A DNA stretch of 64,000 bases, taken from positions 1,772,726 through 1,836,725 of the forward strand of contig NW_015168047.1 of assembly GCF_001447785.1 (NCBI RefSeq), in the 5' to 3' direction. The notes below the pieces were generated by a model, which searched no databases, was not told where the DNA came from, and was given only the letters and a program-made list of their open reading frames with translations. Below, piece by piece: positions 62,085 to 64,000 of the stretch. The position numbers were made by a program, and so were the translations under genes. Origin of the DNA: Gekko japonicus. Taxonomy: Eukaryota. The first letter of the stretch is position 1, and the number at the start of each line of letters is the position of its first letter.

Positions 62085-63415
62085 TTTATTTGCAAAATTT
62101 ATACCCTGCCTTTCTGCCTTCACCAAGGCAGATTAAAAATATTCATAATAAACACACATTTTAAAACTACTAAAAATCATTAAAAGAATTAAAATCAAGC
62201 TAACATTCACATAAAAACGGCAATTAAAACATAGGGCAGGAAGGATGGGACTTGTGACTAAACAAAAAGGTCTCTCTCTGCTGGAGGAAGATGGCAAGAG
62301 ACAAGTCTCTCTGGGGAGAGAGTTCCAAAGTTTTGGTGCCATGTTTTGTAGAAAAAGAGCAGCAGGAGCTCATTAGCATATGGTATGCTAATGAGCTACT
62401 AGGCTATTAACATATGCCACGCCCCCTGACATGACTGGAAGTGATGTCAGAAGGGGAAGCAAAAGGGGGGAGGCATTTTCAAAAGCCTCCCCTTCTCTTC
62501 CCCTGCTGGCCTGTGGGGGGGGAGTGAAGAGAGAAGGGGTTTAAACTTTAAACCCCTTCTCACTAGAGTTGGGCCACAGAAGGAGGAAAGAGGGAAGGAA
62601 AGAGAGAGAGTAGAGAGAAGGAAAGAGGGAAAGAAAGAGAAGGAAAGAAGGAAGGAAGAAATGAAGGAAGGGAAGAGGGGATAAAAAGAGAGGAAAGAGG
62701 GAAAGAAAGAGAAGGAAAGAAGGAGGTAAAGAAAGAGAGAGAAGGGAAGAAGGAGGGAAAGGAGAGAAAAAGAGAAGAGAAGGCAGGAAAGAAAGAAAGA
62801 GAGAAGGGAAGAAGTATGGAAAGAGGAAAAGGAGAGAAGGAAAAGAGGGAATGAAAGAGAGAAGGAAAAGAGGAAAAGAGAAGAAGGAAGAGGAGGGAAA
62901 AAGAGAAAGAAAAGGAGGGAAAGAAAAGGAAAGGAGGGAAGCGCTTTTGCGCAGGCTCGAGGGACCCGGAGGTGGGGCCCTCGAGCCTCCCCCGGCCGCA
63001 GCGCTTTTGGCACAGAGAGCTGGGGGAGGCTTGCCGCCATGCGGGCTGCCGGAGCAGCACTCCGGCACGCTCCGGCCCCAAACGACCCCTGGCCATGACT
63101 AAGAAGATCCTCTCCCACCCACCTAATCTCAGAAGACAGGAGCACCCAAAGAAGGGCCTCAGAAGATTATAGTAGCAGTCCAGCAGGTTCATAAAGGAGT
63201 CAGCGGTCTGTCAGGTATGTTGGCCCAAAGCCATATAGGGGTTTAAAGGTCATGAACACCAGCAGCTTAAATTGAGCCTGGAAACAAATTGGAGCTAGTG
63301 TAGACTGGCCAAGACTGGAGTGATATGGTTCCTACAACCCACTTCAGTCAACATCCTGGCTGCAGCATTCTGCACCAACTGAAGGCTCTGAACACTTCTG
63401 GCAGCCCCACACAGT
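62085..63415 (-). mobile_element. L2 LINE 3' fragment interrupted by a hAT element
   Basis: APKLWNSLP C-terminal motif at about 62340; AT-rich 3' UTR ending aaataaa; upstream remnant at 63100-63415. Confidence 0.75.
62344..63091. mobile_element. hAT element lacking its left TIR, with a 360-bp purine-rich core
   Basis: Right end aacgacccctg followed by gccatgac; left flank gccatg; ctcattagcata/tatgctaatgag motifs as in the 33424 family; GA-rich tract 62578-62940. Confidence 0.7.
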
Positions 63416-64000
63416 CGACATGTGGAGACGGTGGTGTAGAGGGATACTGAGCCACTATAGTGGTACCAGAGTTTGAATTTCTACTCTGTCATAAAGTTTG
63501 TTAAATTGCTTGGTCCTAGAGGCTACATTTAGACTGCACCTTGTACTGGCATTAAACTGGTCAACAAACATCTCAAAGCACTGTGGTGAGGAGAAAAACA
63601 GAGTTGTCTCGATGCATGCCACCTTGAGTTCCTTTAAAGAAGAGTGGGATATCAGTATAAGAAACAAACCTCATGCCTCTTTTCTTGGGGATGCAGAGTG
63701 CCTCCCTCATGGACTCTGTTCCCATAATGGAAATTATTTCCAATCCTAGTATGCAGTTCTGCACTGGGATCTGTAAAATTAGGTAAACAGGAGTCCTCAC
63801 AGGATAAGGGCTTAGACTACATATATACCTACATTCTGTTCATGTCATTAAGAATTTACTAGAAGAGAATAATGTTGCTGGAGATGTGAAATTTCAGGCC
63901 AATATTTGTTGGATCATGCGTTTATGGTCTCATGCATCCTGAGGCATCTATATGGAACTACCACAACTTTGACTCAGTTTCCAAGGAGACCAGAACTGAG

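Noticed and set aside
62447-63192. 175-232-aa F/L/S-rich ORFs
   Set aside because: Translations of the low-complexity polypyrimidine strand.

Overview
Eukaryotic, repeat-rich vertebrate DNA, most likely a gecko. That call is inferred from four Squam3C-like SINEs, a Sauria SINE and a BovB LINE, all recognised from memory of the consensus rather than by alignment. I could not identify any host protein-coding exon, so the window looks intronic or intergenic. The only recognisable coding sequences are transposon-derived: a 5'-truncated BovB/RTE LINE with an unbroken RT frame (7062-8182, +), a decayed Gypsy gag-pol (about 35740-39394, -) and an L2 3' fragment. The rest is a dense, often nested set of non-autonomous elements: at least 15 hAT-type MITEs with 8-bp TSDs from several families, PIF/Harbinger-like palindromic MITEs, a non-autonomous Helitron with intact termini (32389-33046), solo LTRs, 5S-headed SINEs sharing an RTE-type tail, and Penelope-like ends carrying degenerate minimal hammerhead ribozyme cores. 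There is one 46-N assembly gap. I found no evidence for a wholly new biological system. The best leads are the hammerhead relics, the Helitron, an unusual Sauria-headed element at about 11.9-12.3 kb, and MITEs carrying long hairpins or clustered transcription-factor motifs.
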